Under the pieces are notes generated by a model, which saw only the letters and a list, made by a program, of their open reading frames with translations, was not told the origin of the DNA and made no database searches. From an uncultured Acidobacteriota bacterium (GTDB taxonomy: Bacteria > Actinomycetota > Acidimicrobiia > Spongiisociales > ZC4RG35): a stretch of DNA of 64,000 nt. Every line of letters begins with the position of its first letter. The stretch's first letter is position 1. The position numbers and the translations under genes are program-made. Below, one piece after another: positions 52,296-61,513 of this stretch. The stretch lies in contig CAVRWT010000005.1 of the NCBI GenBank assembly GCA_963724825.1, positions 204,675-268,674 on the forward strand, given 5' to 3'.

Positions 52296-55010
52296 ATGAA
52301 CGGGTTCACCCTCGAAACGGCACTCGGGCCCCGCCAGATAGCCCGAATCGACGACATCGATGGTGCCGGGCGACTCCCCTATTCGATAAAGGTCCTCCTC
52401 GAGTCCGCCCTGCGCAACCTCGATGGCAAGAGCGTCAAGGAAGAAGACGTCCGGCGGATCGCTGCCTACGACGCGCGGAATGTGGGCGAGCAGGAAATCC
52501 CCTTTGTCCCGGGCCGGGTGGTGCTCCAGGACTTCACCGGGGTGCCGGCTGTGGTCGATCTTGCCGCGATGCGCTCGGCGATCGTGCGCCTGACCGGGGA
52601 CGAAGGAGCCGCCCAGAAGGTCAACCCGCTGATTCCCGCCGACCTGGTGGTCGATCACTCGGTCCAGGTCGACGCTTTCGCCCGCTCGGACGCCCTAACC
52701 ATCAACTCTCGCAAGGAGTTCGAGAGGAACCAGGAGCGATATGAGTTCCTCAAGTGGGGCCAGTCGGCCTTCGCCAACTTCCGCGTGGTCCCGCCGGCCA
52801 CCGGCATCGTCCACCAGGTCAACCTCGAATACCTGGCCAAAGTGGTCTGGGACGACGGGCACCAGCTCTATCCGGACAGCCTCGTGGGAACCGACAGCCA
52901 CACCACCATGATCAACGGGCTCGGGGTGGTCGGTTGGGGAGTGGGAGGCATCGAGGCCGAAGCAGCAATGGTCGGCCAGCCGATCTACATGTTGTTGCCC
53001 GAGGTTGTCGGGTTCCGCCTGACTGGAAAGCTCCCCGAGGGATCCACCGCCACCGACCTGGTTCTCCGCGTCACCGAAATACTCCGGGAGCATGGAGTCG
53101 TCGACAAATTCGTCGAATTCCACGGGCCGGGGCTTGCCGACATGCCGGTGGCCAATCGGGCGACCATCGCCAATATGGCCCCGGAATACGGCGCCACGGT
53201 CGGCTTCTTCCCCGTCGACGAGCAGACCCTGAAATACCTCCGGCTCACCGGCCGCGACGACAAGCTCATCGACACCGTCGAGCAGTACCACAAGGCCCAG
53301 GGCATGTGGCGGGACGACAGCCACGAGATCACTTACTCGGCCGAGCTCGCCCTCGACATGTCCACGGTTGAGCCCTCCCTGGCGGGGCCCAAGCGGCCAC
53401 AGGATCGGGTGGCTCTCTCTGCGATGAGCACCCAGTGGACGGCCGACCTCACCACCCTCTTCGGAAAGAACGGCGGCTCAAAGTCGTCCACGGTTGTCAG
53501 TTGGGAAGACGAGGGCGGTCAGCCGTCGGGGGTGGGGGCCCTGGAGGCGCAGGCCAAGGTCGATGTCGAGATGGACGGCGAGCACTTCGGCCTCGGCGAC
53601 GGGGATGTGGTGATCGCCGCAATCACGTCATGCACCAACACCTCGAATCCCGACGTCATGGTGGGAGCAGGCCTTGTCGCCCGCAAGGCCCGGGAGCGAG
53701 GGCTGACCCGAAAGCCCTGGGTGAAGACTTCCCTGGCTCCAGGCTCCAAAGTGGTCACCGAGTACCTCACCAGCTCGGGACTGCTGCCCGACCTCGAGGA
53801 GCTCGGCTTCTATGTGGTGGGTTACGGGTGCACGACCTGCATCGGCAATTCGGGCCCCCTGCCCGGACCGATCTCCGAGGCCATTCACACCGGCGACCTG
53901 GTCACCGCATCTGTGCTGTCGGGAAACCGGAACTTCGAAGGCCGCATCTCCCCGGACGTCCGAGCCAACTACCTGGCCTCCCCGCCTTTGGTGGTGGCCT
54001 ACGCCCTGGCCGGAACCGTGGCCTGGGACCCGATCACCGAGCCGTTGGGTGTCGACCAGCAAGGAGATGATGTGTTCCTGCGCGACATCTGGCCGACCCA
54101 GGAGGAGATCGCCGAGATCGTCTCCGCCCACGTCCGCCAGAGCCAATTCATCGACAAGTACTCCGACGTCTTTGCAGGCTCGGACGAATGGCGCGTCATC
54201 AGCACACCGGAATCCGACCTCTACCCCTGGAACAGCGAATCGACCTACGTTCAGGAGCCCCCTTTCTTCACGACGCTCACCCCACACGTGACACCACTCG
54301 CTCCTATCAACGGGGCTCGAGCCCTGGCGTTGCTCGGCGACTCTGTCACCACCGACCACATAAGCCCCGCGGGATCGATCGGGATCGACTCGCCCGCCGG
54401 CAAGTACCTGATCTCCCAGGGGGTACAGCCTCCAATGTTCAACTCCTATGGGTCCAGGCGGGGAAACGACCGGGTGATGACGAGAGGCACCTTTGCCAAC
54501 ATCCGGGTGAAGAACCAACTGGCCCCAGGAACCGAAGGCGGCTGGACGACCGACTTCCTGGACGGTCAGGTGAAATCGATCTTCGACGCCTCGATGCATT
54601 ACCAGGAGGAAGGGATCCCGCTGGTCGTCATCGGCGGGTCCGATTACGGGATGGGGTCGTCCCGGGACTGGGCAGCAAAAGGCCCGTTCCTGCTTGGGGT
54701 CAAGGCGGTCCTCGCCAGGTCGCTGGAGCGGATTCATCGGTCCAACCTGGTGATGATGGGGGTGCTACCCCTTGTCTTTGCCCATGGAGAGGACGCCACC
54801 AGCCTGGGTCTCGACGGATCCGAGACCTATGACATCCCCCTCACGGACGATCTGCGGCCCCGTCAGGAGATCACGGTGACCGCGACCGCGACCGACGGCT
54901 CGGTCAAGAGTTTCATCATGATCGCGAGGGTGGACACCGACATCGAGGTCGAGTACCTCCGCAACGGCGGGATCCTCCATTACGTCCTGCGGAGGATGGC
55001 CTCTGACTGA
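52296..55010 (+). CDS. acnA: Aconitate hydratase A
   Basis: [58 protein letters not shown]. Confidence 0.98.
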   Translation: MNGFTLETALGPRQIARIDDIDGAGRLPYSIKVLLESALRNLDGKSVKEEDVRRIAAYDARNVGEQEIPFVPGRVVLQDFTGVPAVVDLAAMRSAIVRLTGDEGAAQKVNPLIPADLVVDHSVQVDAFARSDALTINSRKEFERNQERYEFLKWGQSAFANFRVVPPATGIVHQVNLEYLAKVVWDDGHQLYPDSLVGTDSHTTMINGLGVVGWGVGGIEAEAAMVGQPIYMLLPEVVGFRLTGKLPEGSTATDLVLRVTEILREHGVVDKFVEFHGPGLADMPVANRATIANMAPEYGATVGFFPVDEQTLKYLRLTGRDDKLIDTVEQYHKAQGMWRDDSHEITYSAELALDMSTVEPSLAGPKRPQDRVALSAMSTQWTADLTTLFGKNGGSKSSTVVSWEDEGGQPSGVGALEAQAKVDVEMDGEHFGLGDGDVVIAAITSCTNTSNPDVMVGAGLVARKARERGLTRKPWVKTSLAPGSKVVTEYLTSSGLLPDLEELGFYVVGYGCTTCIGNSGPLPGPISEAIHTGDLVTASVLSGNRNFEGRISPDVRANYLASPPLVVAYALAGTVAWDPITEPLGVDQQGDDVFLRDIWPTQEEIAEIVSAHVRQSQFIDKYSDVFAGSDEWRVISTPESDLYPWNSESTYVQEPPFFTTLTPHVTPLAPINGARALALLGDSVTTDHISPAGSIGIDSPAGKYLISQGVQPPMFNSYGSRRGNDRVMTRGTFANIRVKNQLAPGTEGGWTTDFLDGQVKSIFDASMHYQEEGIPLVVIGGSDYGMGSSRDWAAKGPFLLGVKAVLARSLERIHRSNLVMMGVLPLVFAHGEDATSLGLDGSETYDIPLTDDLRPRQEITVTATATDGSVKSFIMIARVDTDIEVEYLRNGGILHYVLRRMASD

Positions 55011-55536
55011 TCCCGCGGACGTCGCCGATCCGCTCCCCAGGCGATCCCTTCTACTCACAGGCGTCTTCGTCGGAGTGGTCATTGCCGGCCTCGCTCTCGC
55101 CTGGCTGTTGAGCGACCACAGCGCGGTGGCCGCCGTCGGGGACGAGGCGCCAAACTTCACCGTGGAACTGCTGGACGGTGGGTCCTTCACATTGCAGGAC
55201 CACCTCGACGAGGACGGCCGGACCCTCGTCCTCAACCTCTGGGCTTCGTGGTGCCTCCCCTGCCGAACCGAGATCCCCGACATTTCCGACTTCGCTTCCA
55301 CCCACCCCGACGTTGCCGTGCTGGGGGTGGCGGTCGAAGACGCCCGAGCCGACTCAATCGCGTTCGCGGAGGAGATGTCACCGTCATACCCGCTCGCCTT
55401 CGGGAGCCAGGAATTCCGCGAGGCCTATCCCTCGGTGGGCCTGCCTGCGACCTTCATCATCGAGCCGGACGGAACTGTGTCGAGCATCGTCAACGGCCTG
55501 GTGGATCAGGAGGCGCTCGAAGAGATGACGGGCTAG
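55003..55536 (+). CDS. TlpA/ResA-like thiol-disulfide oxidoreductase
   Basis: N-terminal [16 protein letters not shown]. Start uncertain: CTG 55003 with GGAGG upstream, or GTG 55075. Confidence 0.88.
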   Translation: MTDPADVADPLPRRSLLLTGVFVGVVIAGLALAWLLSDHSAVAAVGDEAPNFTVELLDGGSFTLQDHLDEDGRTLVLNLWASWCLPCRTEIPDISDFASTHPDVAVLGVAVEDARADSIAFAEEMSPSYPLAFGSQEFREAYPSVGLPATFIIEPDGTVSSIVNGLVDQEALEEMTG

Positions 55537-56216
55537 GAGATACCGACCAGGCGATCCTCGAGATCCTCGATGTACGCCAGATTCGGGCCCTCCACCATTT
55601 CAGCAGAGATGACCAATCGCTCGCGGGCCGAGAACTTGGGGTTGCACGTGGTGAGGGTCAGCCAGCCACCAGCCTTGTCGTCGGCGACCCAGACATCAGT
55701 CGGCGCCACGATGAGGCTCTCCCTGACTTCGTAGACATGGGTGCCGATCGAGGTCTCCACCTCGATGCGATCACCGGGTCGAAGCAGATCGAAGTCGAAG
55801 AACGGCCGACCATGGGTGGTTCGGTGACCTGAGATCACGGCATTGCCCGGCTGACCGGGGAGCGGGGTGTCGGGCATGTGGCCCGGGCCTTGAGCCAGTG
55901 CAACGCGGGTCACGCCCTCGAACACGACGACGTCGAGGCCGAGTTTGGGGACCCTGAGCCGGGCAAAGCTGGTGTTTTCCTCCGGTTCGTCCTCGGGGTG
56001 GAATTCGATCGGGGCACCTTCCAGGCTCTCGACCGCCTGAACCTGGGGAAGGTGCTCTCGCTCGACTTCGAAGAACCCGTGCAGATCATCCGATGCCTCG
56101 GCCTGGACTCGTCGGTTGACGATGTCGGTGCCGAAGAGCTGCCACCCCAGATAGCCGAATATGAAGACCCCGGTCCAGATCAGGGCCCAGCCGAGGATCT
56201 GGATGTTGCGCCGCAT
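55533..56216 (-). CDS. Class E sortase
   Basis: N-terminal TM, GPGH, SGHRTT, LTLTTCNP, R. Confidence 0.92.
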   Translation of the reverse strand: MRRNIQILGWALIWTGVFIFGYLGWQLFGTDIVNRRVQAEASDDLHGFFEVEREHLPQVQAVESLEGAPIEFHPEDEPEENTSFARLRVPKLGLDVVVFEGVTRVALAQGPGHMPDTPLPGQPGNAVISGHRTTHGRPFFDFDLLRPGDRIEVETSIGTHVYEVRESLIVAPTDVWVADDKAGGWLTLTTCNPKFSARERLVISAEMVEGPNLAYIEDLEDRLVGIS

Positions 56217-56361
56217 GCGGAGAGGCTAAATGGCGGTCGTTCCAACCAGATGTCTGGCCGACCGGCGTCTGTTCGCCCGAGGCCGTAATGCCGAACCAAC
56301 CGAGCCAACAGGCCACTGAGGGTTGGCCGAGGGCGAAGTCGGCCGCCATAACAAATCAGCC

Positions 56362-57129
56362 TCAACTCCCGAGCCAGCGGGGGTCACGCTTCTCGAGGAA
56401 CGCCGCGATGCCCTCCCGCGCGTCGTCGCTCATGGCCACCTCGGTAAGGCCGAGCTGGAGACGATCCAAGGCCGCATCGACACCGAGATCCGAGACTCCC
56501 TGGAAGACGTCGCGACCCAGCATCAGGGTGGCCGGGCTCAGCGACTGCAGCCGGGCCACGATGTCATCGACGGCCGCGTCCAGCTCGGACCGCATGACGA
56601 CCCGGGACACGGCGCCCAGCCGATAGGCCTCCTCGGCATCGATGGTCCGCCCCGTGAGCATCATCTCGAGCAGTGCCTTCCTCGGCATCGAGCGGGCCAG
56701 GGCCGCAGTGATCATCATCGGCCACAGTCCGACGTTGACCTCGGTGGTGCCCAGCCGGGCATCGTCGACACAGATGGTCATGTCGCAGGCAACGGCGAGC
56801 CCGAAACCGCCGGCGAGGGCGTGCCCGTTGACTCTGGCCACGGTTGGCTTGCCCGACCTCCACATGAGGCGAAAGAGGTCGGCGAACACTCCCCGCTTCT
56901 GATGGAGGCCAACGGCATCGTCGACAAATGACCCTGAAAGGTCTCCGCCCGCGCTGAACACCTCGTCGCCGGCCCCGGTGTAGACGATGACCTTCACCGA
57001 AGGGTCGGCCACAGCATGCTGTGTCGCCTCGAGCAACCCTGCCATGGTCTCGACCGAAATCGGGTTGCGGCGCTCCGGATCGTTGATTGTGATAGTCGCC
57101 CGGCCTTCGGACGCCTCGTAGTCCACCAT
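56362..57129 (-). CDS. Enoyl-CoA hydratase/isomerase family protein
   Basis: FSAGGDL, ALAGGFGL..ACD, E..VGL, EGIAAFLEKR. Confidence 0.92.
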   Translation of the reverse strand: MVDYEASEGRATITINDPERRNPISVETMAGLLEATQHAVADPSVKVIVYTGAGDEVFSAGGDLSGSFVDDAVGLHQKRGVFADLFRLMWRSGKPTVARVNGHALAGGFGLAVACDMTICVDDARLGTTEVNVGLWPMMITAALARSMPRKALLEMMLTGRTIDAEEAYRLGAVSRVVMRSELDAAVDDIVARLQSLSPATLMLGRDVFQGVSDLGVDAALDRLQLGLTEVAMSDDAREGIAAFLEKRDPRWLGS

Positions 57130-57178
57130 CGATTTTCGCTTTCTTGTCAACACCGGCCTGGCTATTACCGTCGGTCAC

Positions 57179-57769
57179 ATGTTATGGATGGCGATTGTCC
57201 TCTTTCTTTCGTTGGCTATCGCCGTCCTCAGAGGAGGTCGTCTCACCAACCTGGGAGACATCGAGCTGAAAGCCTGGTGGCTTCTGCCGCTTGGCTTTGC
57301 CCTCCAACTCGCCACCGACTGGCTCCCCGACGCCGACTGGACACACGGGGTTGCCCTGGCGATGGTTCTCGTCTCTTTCGGCCTCCTGATGATCATGGTC
57401 GTCCTCAACCGGCAGAAGGCGGGAATGTGGCTGGCGGGGCTCGGCGTCCTCATGAACTTCACGGTGATTGCCCTCAACGGCGGAATGCCGGTGCTCGCCG
57501 GGGCAGCCGAGGTGGCAAGCGGCTTCGTTGTCTCGGCCCCGGATCTCAGCGACTCCTACAAGCACGTGCTGCTCGACGAGTCGTCGCGACTGACTTTCTT
57601 TGCCGATGTGATCCCGCTGCGAATCGCCACCATCGGACAGGTGATCAGTCTTGGTGACGTGTTCCTGGCAGTTGGGCTGGGGCGCTTCCTGGAGCACGAG
57701 CTCCGGAGGCCGCGGCGTTGGTTCAAGCGGGGCGCCCACGCCCAGGCCGGCTCGGCATCCAAGCCTTGA
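57179..57769 (+). CDS. DUF5317-like membrane protein
   Basis: RGGRL.NL, G..MNF.VI..NGGMPV, KH, FADVIP, SLGDV; about 5 TMs. Confidence 0.8.
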   Translation: MLWMAIVLFLSLAIAVLRGGRLTNLGDIELKAWWLLPLGFALQLATDWLPDADWTHGVALAMVLVSFGLLMIMVVLNRQKAGMWLAGLGVLMNFTVIALNGGMPVLAGAAEVASGFVVSAPDLSDSYKHVLLDESSRLTFFADVIPLRIATIGQVISLGDVFLAVGLGRFLEHELRRPRRWFKRGAHAQAGSASKP

Positions 57770-57787
57770 TGCCTCAGGTCTGGCTGC

Positions 57788-59041
57788 TCACACCCTCGCC
57801 GGGCTGAGAACCCCTCTGGCTTCGAGGATTCTGCGCACCGAGGCGACCACCTCGGGGTCGTATTCGTAGGCAGCGCCGGTGTGCAGATTCTCCAGAGCCT
57901 GAAGTGGTGACAGGCCTTGCTGGTAGACCTGCCAGTCGTAGGCGGCGGTGACCTTGATGATCCTGGAGACGACCGAGACATCGGGGTCGGTCTGCTCACC
58001 GGGTCTCCGGTAGGACTCGTATTGACGTCTCACGTGCTCGGCGACCCGGTCCAGGTAGGGGGACTCGGCGATGATCTCGGCGCTCCAACGTGCGATGTCG
58101 TCGTTGGTGTAGCCCATCTTGATGATTTGGGGCTCGTTGAGACTGACCCGCCCGATGTCGTGCATCAGCCCGGCGTACTCGACGTCCTCGACCTGGGCCG
58201 GTCCCATTCCCATCTCCTTGGCCACCGCCGACGCCAGCTCGGTGGTGCGGTCGGCGTGACCGTCGACCCCGAGACCTGAGACCTCCGGGATGCGGGCCAA
58301 TGCCCTGATGGTCTGCTTGTAGGTGGCCTTGGTCTTCTGGAACCGCTTGAAGGCGGAGTGGGCGAAGGAGTATGGGAGCAGTGCGATCGGGAAGTGCCCA
58401 CCAGTGCCAGCTGCCGGCCAGAGCTCACCGAACAGGGCGCCGGTCAGGGTGAGCCCGAGGAAGACATTCAGGTCGTAGAGGGCGGATCTCGCCAGATAGG
58501 TGCGGGAAAGCTCCCCTGGCTTGAGGACGAGTGCGGCTCGCAGCAGCACCTCGACCGCGATCCAGGCCACCAGGGCCACTCCGAACGGGACCAGGTCCTT
58601 GCAACTTCCCGAGGTGTCGGCAAACGACCCGACACGCATCGCCGAGTAGACGGTGGCGTAGGTCACGTACCCCGCAAAGCGCCGGGTGAGCGTCGGGAGC
58701 AAATCGATGTGCTTCTCCCCACGGGCCAACCCGAAGGCCCAGACGACAGCCAAGCCGATGCCGTACGTGGCGATACAAGCCGCGAGATCGACCTGCCCGG
58801 TCTCCTGGTTGGTGAGCACGAACGGGATGGCCGCAGCCACCGCAAGCCCGGTGGTGAATCGGTTGCCCGAGCTGGAGGTCGCCACTCCAACCAGCGATCC
58901 GATCACCAGGGCGGTGACACCGACCGCGATGCTGAAGGGATCGGTCGAGGCCTGGCTGGCCGCATAGAGCCCGACTCCGCCCGCAAACAACGGGAACAAC
59001 CAGGAGACCGCAGCCACAGCGCGGGGATGCCAGTTAGCCAC
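57788..59041 (-). CDS. Membrane-bound degenerate HD-GYP protein
   Basis: Multi-TM N-terminus; GHADR and MHDIG retained; HHE/GYP and the later D ligand replaced (RQYE, TAAYD). Confidence 0.85.
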   Translation of the reverse strand: MANWHPRAVAAVSWLFPLFAGGVGLYAASQASTDPFSIAVGVTALVIGSLVGVATSSSGNRFTTGLAVAAAIPFVLTNQETGQVDLAACIATYGIGLAVVWAFGLARGEKHIDLLPTLTRRFAGYVTYATVYSAMRVGSFADTSGSCKDLVPFGVALVAWIAVEVLLRAALVLKPGELSRTYLARSALYDLNVFLGLTLTGALFGELWPAAGTGGHFPIALLPYSFAHSAFKRFQKTKATYKQTIRALARIPEVSGLGVDGHADRTTELASAVAKEMGMGPAQVEDVEYAGLMHDIGRVSLNEPQIIKMGYTNDDIARWSAEIIAESPYLDRVAEHVRRQYESYRRPGEQTDPDVSVVSRIIKVTAAYDWQVYQQGLSPLQALENLHTGAAYEYDPEVVASVRRILEARGVLSPARV

Positions 59042-60429
59042 GGAGAGTCAACTCCGGTTCCTCGGCGAGACGGCGGGCCATCTCCTCGTCGTTCACGTGC
59101 GGGGCGCCCCAGTTGCGACCGGTCTTGATGAGGGCCTTCTCGAAGGCGTCGACCACGTCGGGGTGGAACTGCCCGCCGGAGTGGCGGCGCAGCTCGCGTA
59201 GGGCATATTGCTGGGAGAGGGCCATCCGGTAGGAACGTGCCGAAGTCATGGCGTCGAAGGCGTCGGCGACCCCGACGATGCAGGCCTCCAGACTCGGGGT
59301 CTGGCCATCGGTGTGACCACGACCGCCGTACCCGGTGCCGTCGAAATTGCTGTGATGTCCGGAAGCGATCTCGACCATCGGCTGCAGGAAGTCGACCTCG
59401 GCGAGGATCTCCTCGACGAGATGGGCGTGGGTCTGCATCTCGGCGTACTCCTCGTCATCGAGACGGCCCCGCTTGCGGATGAGCTCGGTGGGGACCGCCA
59501 GCTTCCCCAGGTCATGGATCAAAGCGGCCCAGCGCACCTTCTCCAGCTGGGTCCCGGTGAATCCGAGCTCCTCACCGATCATCTGGGCGAAGACCGCGAC
59601 CCGCTCGGTGTGGCCCCGGGTGTACATGTCTTTGGCCTCGAGAGTCTTGACGAAGCCGCGGATCGACCCGATGTGGGATTCCCGGAGCTGGGAGAAGGCG
59701 TAGAGCGACATGTGCCCGATGGCGTAGACCCCGACGATGAGGACCAGCACCGCTTGCCGGTTGGCGATGAGAACGGCGGCGCCGATCAGGCCGTCCGAGC
59801 AACCCCATGGCGAACTGCCCGAGGAAGAGCACATGCATCTGCGACCAGGGCTGGAGGTTGTCCTTGCCGAAGACGGTCTTCACCGCTCGTCTGATGAGGA
59901 CGGTCTGGACTGTGGCGTAGGCAAGGGCCGCCAACGCCGAGGCCACCGCCACCCGCACCAGGACCTCGGCAGTGTGCTCGGTGAGATGACCGAGGTTGAC
60001 GTCGAGGAGGAACCCGGCAACCGCACCGGCGAGGACGAACTGGCCGAAATTGGCCAGGGGTTGGAACCAGCGCTTCTCCTTGAAGTCGAGCGGGGTGAAC
60101 AGCGCCATCCCACCCATGAGAGCCATGGCGAACATGGCGTCGGAGTCCGGGGTCATGGCGAAGATGACACCGGCGGTCATCGCCACCATCACCGACGACG
60201 ACTGGAGGAGACGGTCGTTGACCTCGACCGCAAAGAACTCGAGGAGGACGAAGAGGGCGGTGAAGGGAAGCCAGTACAGCCACACCGGCGGATCGGAGAA
60301 CATGTAGGTGAGGACCAGGGTCAGAATGCCCATGACCGAATAGGGCACAGCAATCTTGAGCTTTCGCTGCACCGTGGGGCGGAGACGGCCGAACCAGCCC
60401 CGAAGCGTTCTGTTCCTTCTCAGTTTCAT
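59034..60429 (-). CDS. Membrane-bound HD-GYP phosphodiesterase (frameshift ~59790)
   Basis: Multi-TM N-terminus; KDMYTRGHTERV, IHDLGK, HHSNFDGTGYG, VADAFDAMTSARSYR. Confidence 0.9.
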
Positions 60430-60467
60430 GGGAGACCCCGATGTGTGTGGTGAGCCGGCGCCTTACA

Positions 60468-60557
60468 TCAGCCGATTCGGGATGAAGCCGAGCCTGCGGC
60501 TATCACGGCAGCGAGGCTGGCGGCAGCAGCGAGAATTCGGACCAAACGGGCCTTCAT
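60468..60557 (-). CDS. 29-aa signal-peptide-like small protein (candidate signalling-peptide precursor)
   Basis: MKARLVRILAAAASLAAVIAAGSASSRIG*; SD AAGGTGA upstream; directly upstream of and co-oriented with the HD-GYP pair. Confidence 0.65.
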   Translation of the reverse strand: MKARLVRILAAAASLAAVIAAGSASSRIG

Positions 60558-60559
60558 GC

Positions 60560-60705
60560 TGTGACGCTCACCTTCGGTTCTCGTATTTGGCCGGCATTGT
60601 GTTGCCGCCCAGACGTTCCGCTCCGCTGGGGTAGATGGCGTCCAATTGCGTACAGGCCGACGTCTGACGCCGGTCTCACCCGGTTCCCGCTTTCGCGGGA
60701 ACTCT
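60560..60705 (-). ncRNA. Candidate structured leader RNA upstream of the peptide gene
   Basis: Stems GTTCCCGC-GAAA-GCGGGAAC, GGCGTC/GACGCC, CCCAG/CTGGG, CGGCA/TGCCG; no riboswitch class confidently recognised. Confidence 0.35.
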
Positions 60706-60892
60706 TCACATGTCAAAGAGGCCCCTGACTTCGCCCGCCACGGACCGAGGCAAACGGGTCAAAGACCTCGGTTGCCCCACGTACCCATGAATAGCTCCAG
60801 CGCCCCGCAATCTAGACCTGTTGATTACCGGGAACAAGGGGACGGGCGACTATCCCATATGGGGTTGACACCCGGTTGTACCCTGACCCGAT

Positions 60893-61513
60893 ATGGACGT
60901 AGTCGCATTTCAGGAGAAGATCGGCCGGATCGATGGTGTCGAGGCGGCGCGCGTGGTCTACGGAAACGGGCACATCTCAGAGATCCATGTCCTGGCCCGG
61001 CGTAACAAGCCGCCCAAGCAATTGGTGCGCGACGTCCAATCCCTCAGCCAGGCTCTCTATGGCCAGGAGATCGATCGGCGCGTCGTCTCCGTCGTCCAGT
61101 TGGCCGACGGCGACCTGGAAGGTGGGTTCCGCCCCGCACTGATCGATGTGGCCGAGACCCTGGAAGGCTCCCGAGCCGAGGTCACTGTGAGCCTCCGTTG
61201 GGAAAACGAGATCCTCTCCGGCACCGCCATCGGCGCCGCTGCCGCTTCGACCCGAGCCCGCCAGATCGCCGACGCCACGCTGGATGCGGTCCGGCAGGGG
61301 ATTCACAAGGAGGCGGCCCTGGCGATCAACTCCATGGACGTCCCACTCCTCGGGAATCGAAAAGTCGCCGTCGCCCAGGTGGTGGTGGTAACCGAGGCCA
61401 GCGAACGGATGCTGATTGGCTGCGCGTACGTGGAGGACGAGGAGGGCAGGGCCGTGGTGAGAGCTGTGCTCGACGCCCTGAACCGCTTCCTCCCCGACCT
61501 CAAACTGTCCTGA
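60893..61513 (+). CDS. Hypothetical protein with a C-terminal LeuA-regulatory-like ending
   Basis: EIHVL...KQLVRDVQS...IDRRVVSVVQ N-domain; AVVRAVLDALNR C-terminus. Confidence 0.75.
   Translation: MDVVAFQEKIGRIDGVEAARVVYGNGHISEIHVLARRNKPPKQLVRDVQSLSQALYGQEIDRRVVSVVQLADGDLEGGFRPALIDVAETLEGSRAEVTVSLRWENEILSGTAIGAAAASTRARQIADATLDAVRQGIHKEAALAINSMDVPLLGNRKVAVAQVVVVTEASERMLIGCAYVEDEEGRAVVRAVLDALNRFLPDLKLS

Noticed and set aside
60560-60780. Known riboswitch (c-di-GMP-I/II, c-di-AMP, cobalamin) or raiA motif
   Set aside because: Only short fragments resemble the consensus (GGGAACCGGGTG; GGCAAAC and GGGTCAAAGACC on the opposite strand); the other core elements are missing. Kept as an unclassified candidate.
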